Of a stretch of DNA of 64,000 bases, positions 63,992 through 64,000 are shown in pieces. Position 1 is the first letter of the stretch; every line of letters begins with the position of its first letter. The stretch lies in NCBI GenBank assembly GCA_030605475.1, contig JAUWIG010000043.1, positions 20,405-84,404 on the forward strand, in the 5' to 3' direction. The notes under the pieces are model-generated. The model was given only the letters and a program-made list of their open reading frames with translations. It ran no database searches and was not told where the DNA came from. The position numbers and the translations under genes were made by a program. This DNA comes from Planctomycetota bacterium. Lineage in GTDB: Bacteria; Planctomycetota; Phycisphaerae; Sedimentisphaerales; Anaerobacaceae.

Positions 63992-64000
63992 ATGTGTAGA
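63992..64000 (+). CDS. start of a second PEP-CTERM-type gene (3 codons, truncated by the window end)
   Basis: aggaggaatattATGTGTAGA is identical to the start context of the 58880 gene (MCR...). Confidence 0.5.

Overview
64-kb chromosomal window with about 50 protein genes and one tRNA-Arg(CCG). I saw no rRNA, CRISPR array, transposase, integrase or phage genes. Gene content suggests a Planctomycetota genome, possibly Phycisphaerae-like. This is inference only, based on several sulfatase-family genes, PEP-CTERM proteins, an orphan prepilin-type protein, giant secreted proteins with dockerin-like tails and a BlaI/BlaR1 pair with a huge sensor extension. Housekeeping genes recognised from motifs are lpxB, waaA/kdtA, tkt, mfd, asnA, dapA, pdxJ and ribBA. 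Others are an SNF-family transporter, an Rrf2 regulator, a STAS/anti-sigma-kinase pair, a LemA-M48 protease module, a HepT/MntA toxin-antitoxin pair and a Fe-ADH/AOR/LarA-like cluster. The most unusual signal is in the non-coding and structural layer. (1) Two PEP-CTERM genes are each preceded by a homologous promoter plus a conserved leader of about 370 nt ending in a terminator-like hairpin. (2) A ~180-bp copy of the asnA promoter and 5' end is duplicated on both sides of a sulfatase-like gene, next to a truncated panB. (3) A palindromic element sits in-frame inside one CDS and at the mfd 5' end, and a heptanucleotide repeat sits in-frame in a homocysteine methyltransferase gene. (4) Two ~150-bp arrays of 10-12-nt TTGCA-type repeats lie 38 kb apart, within intergenic regions built from a mosaic of short hairpin and stutter-repeat modules. 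(5) A single-gene high-GC island is present at about 20.2-22.5 kb. All product calls come from motif recognition by eye, with no database search, and domain boundaries are approximate.
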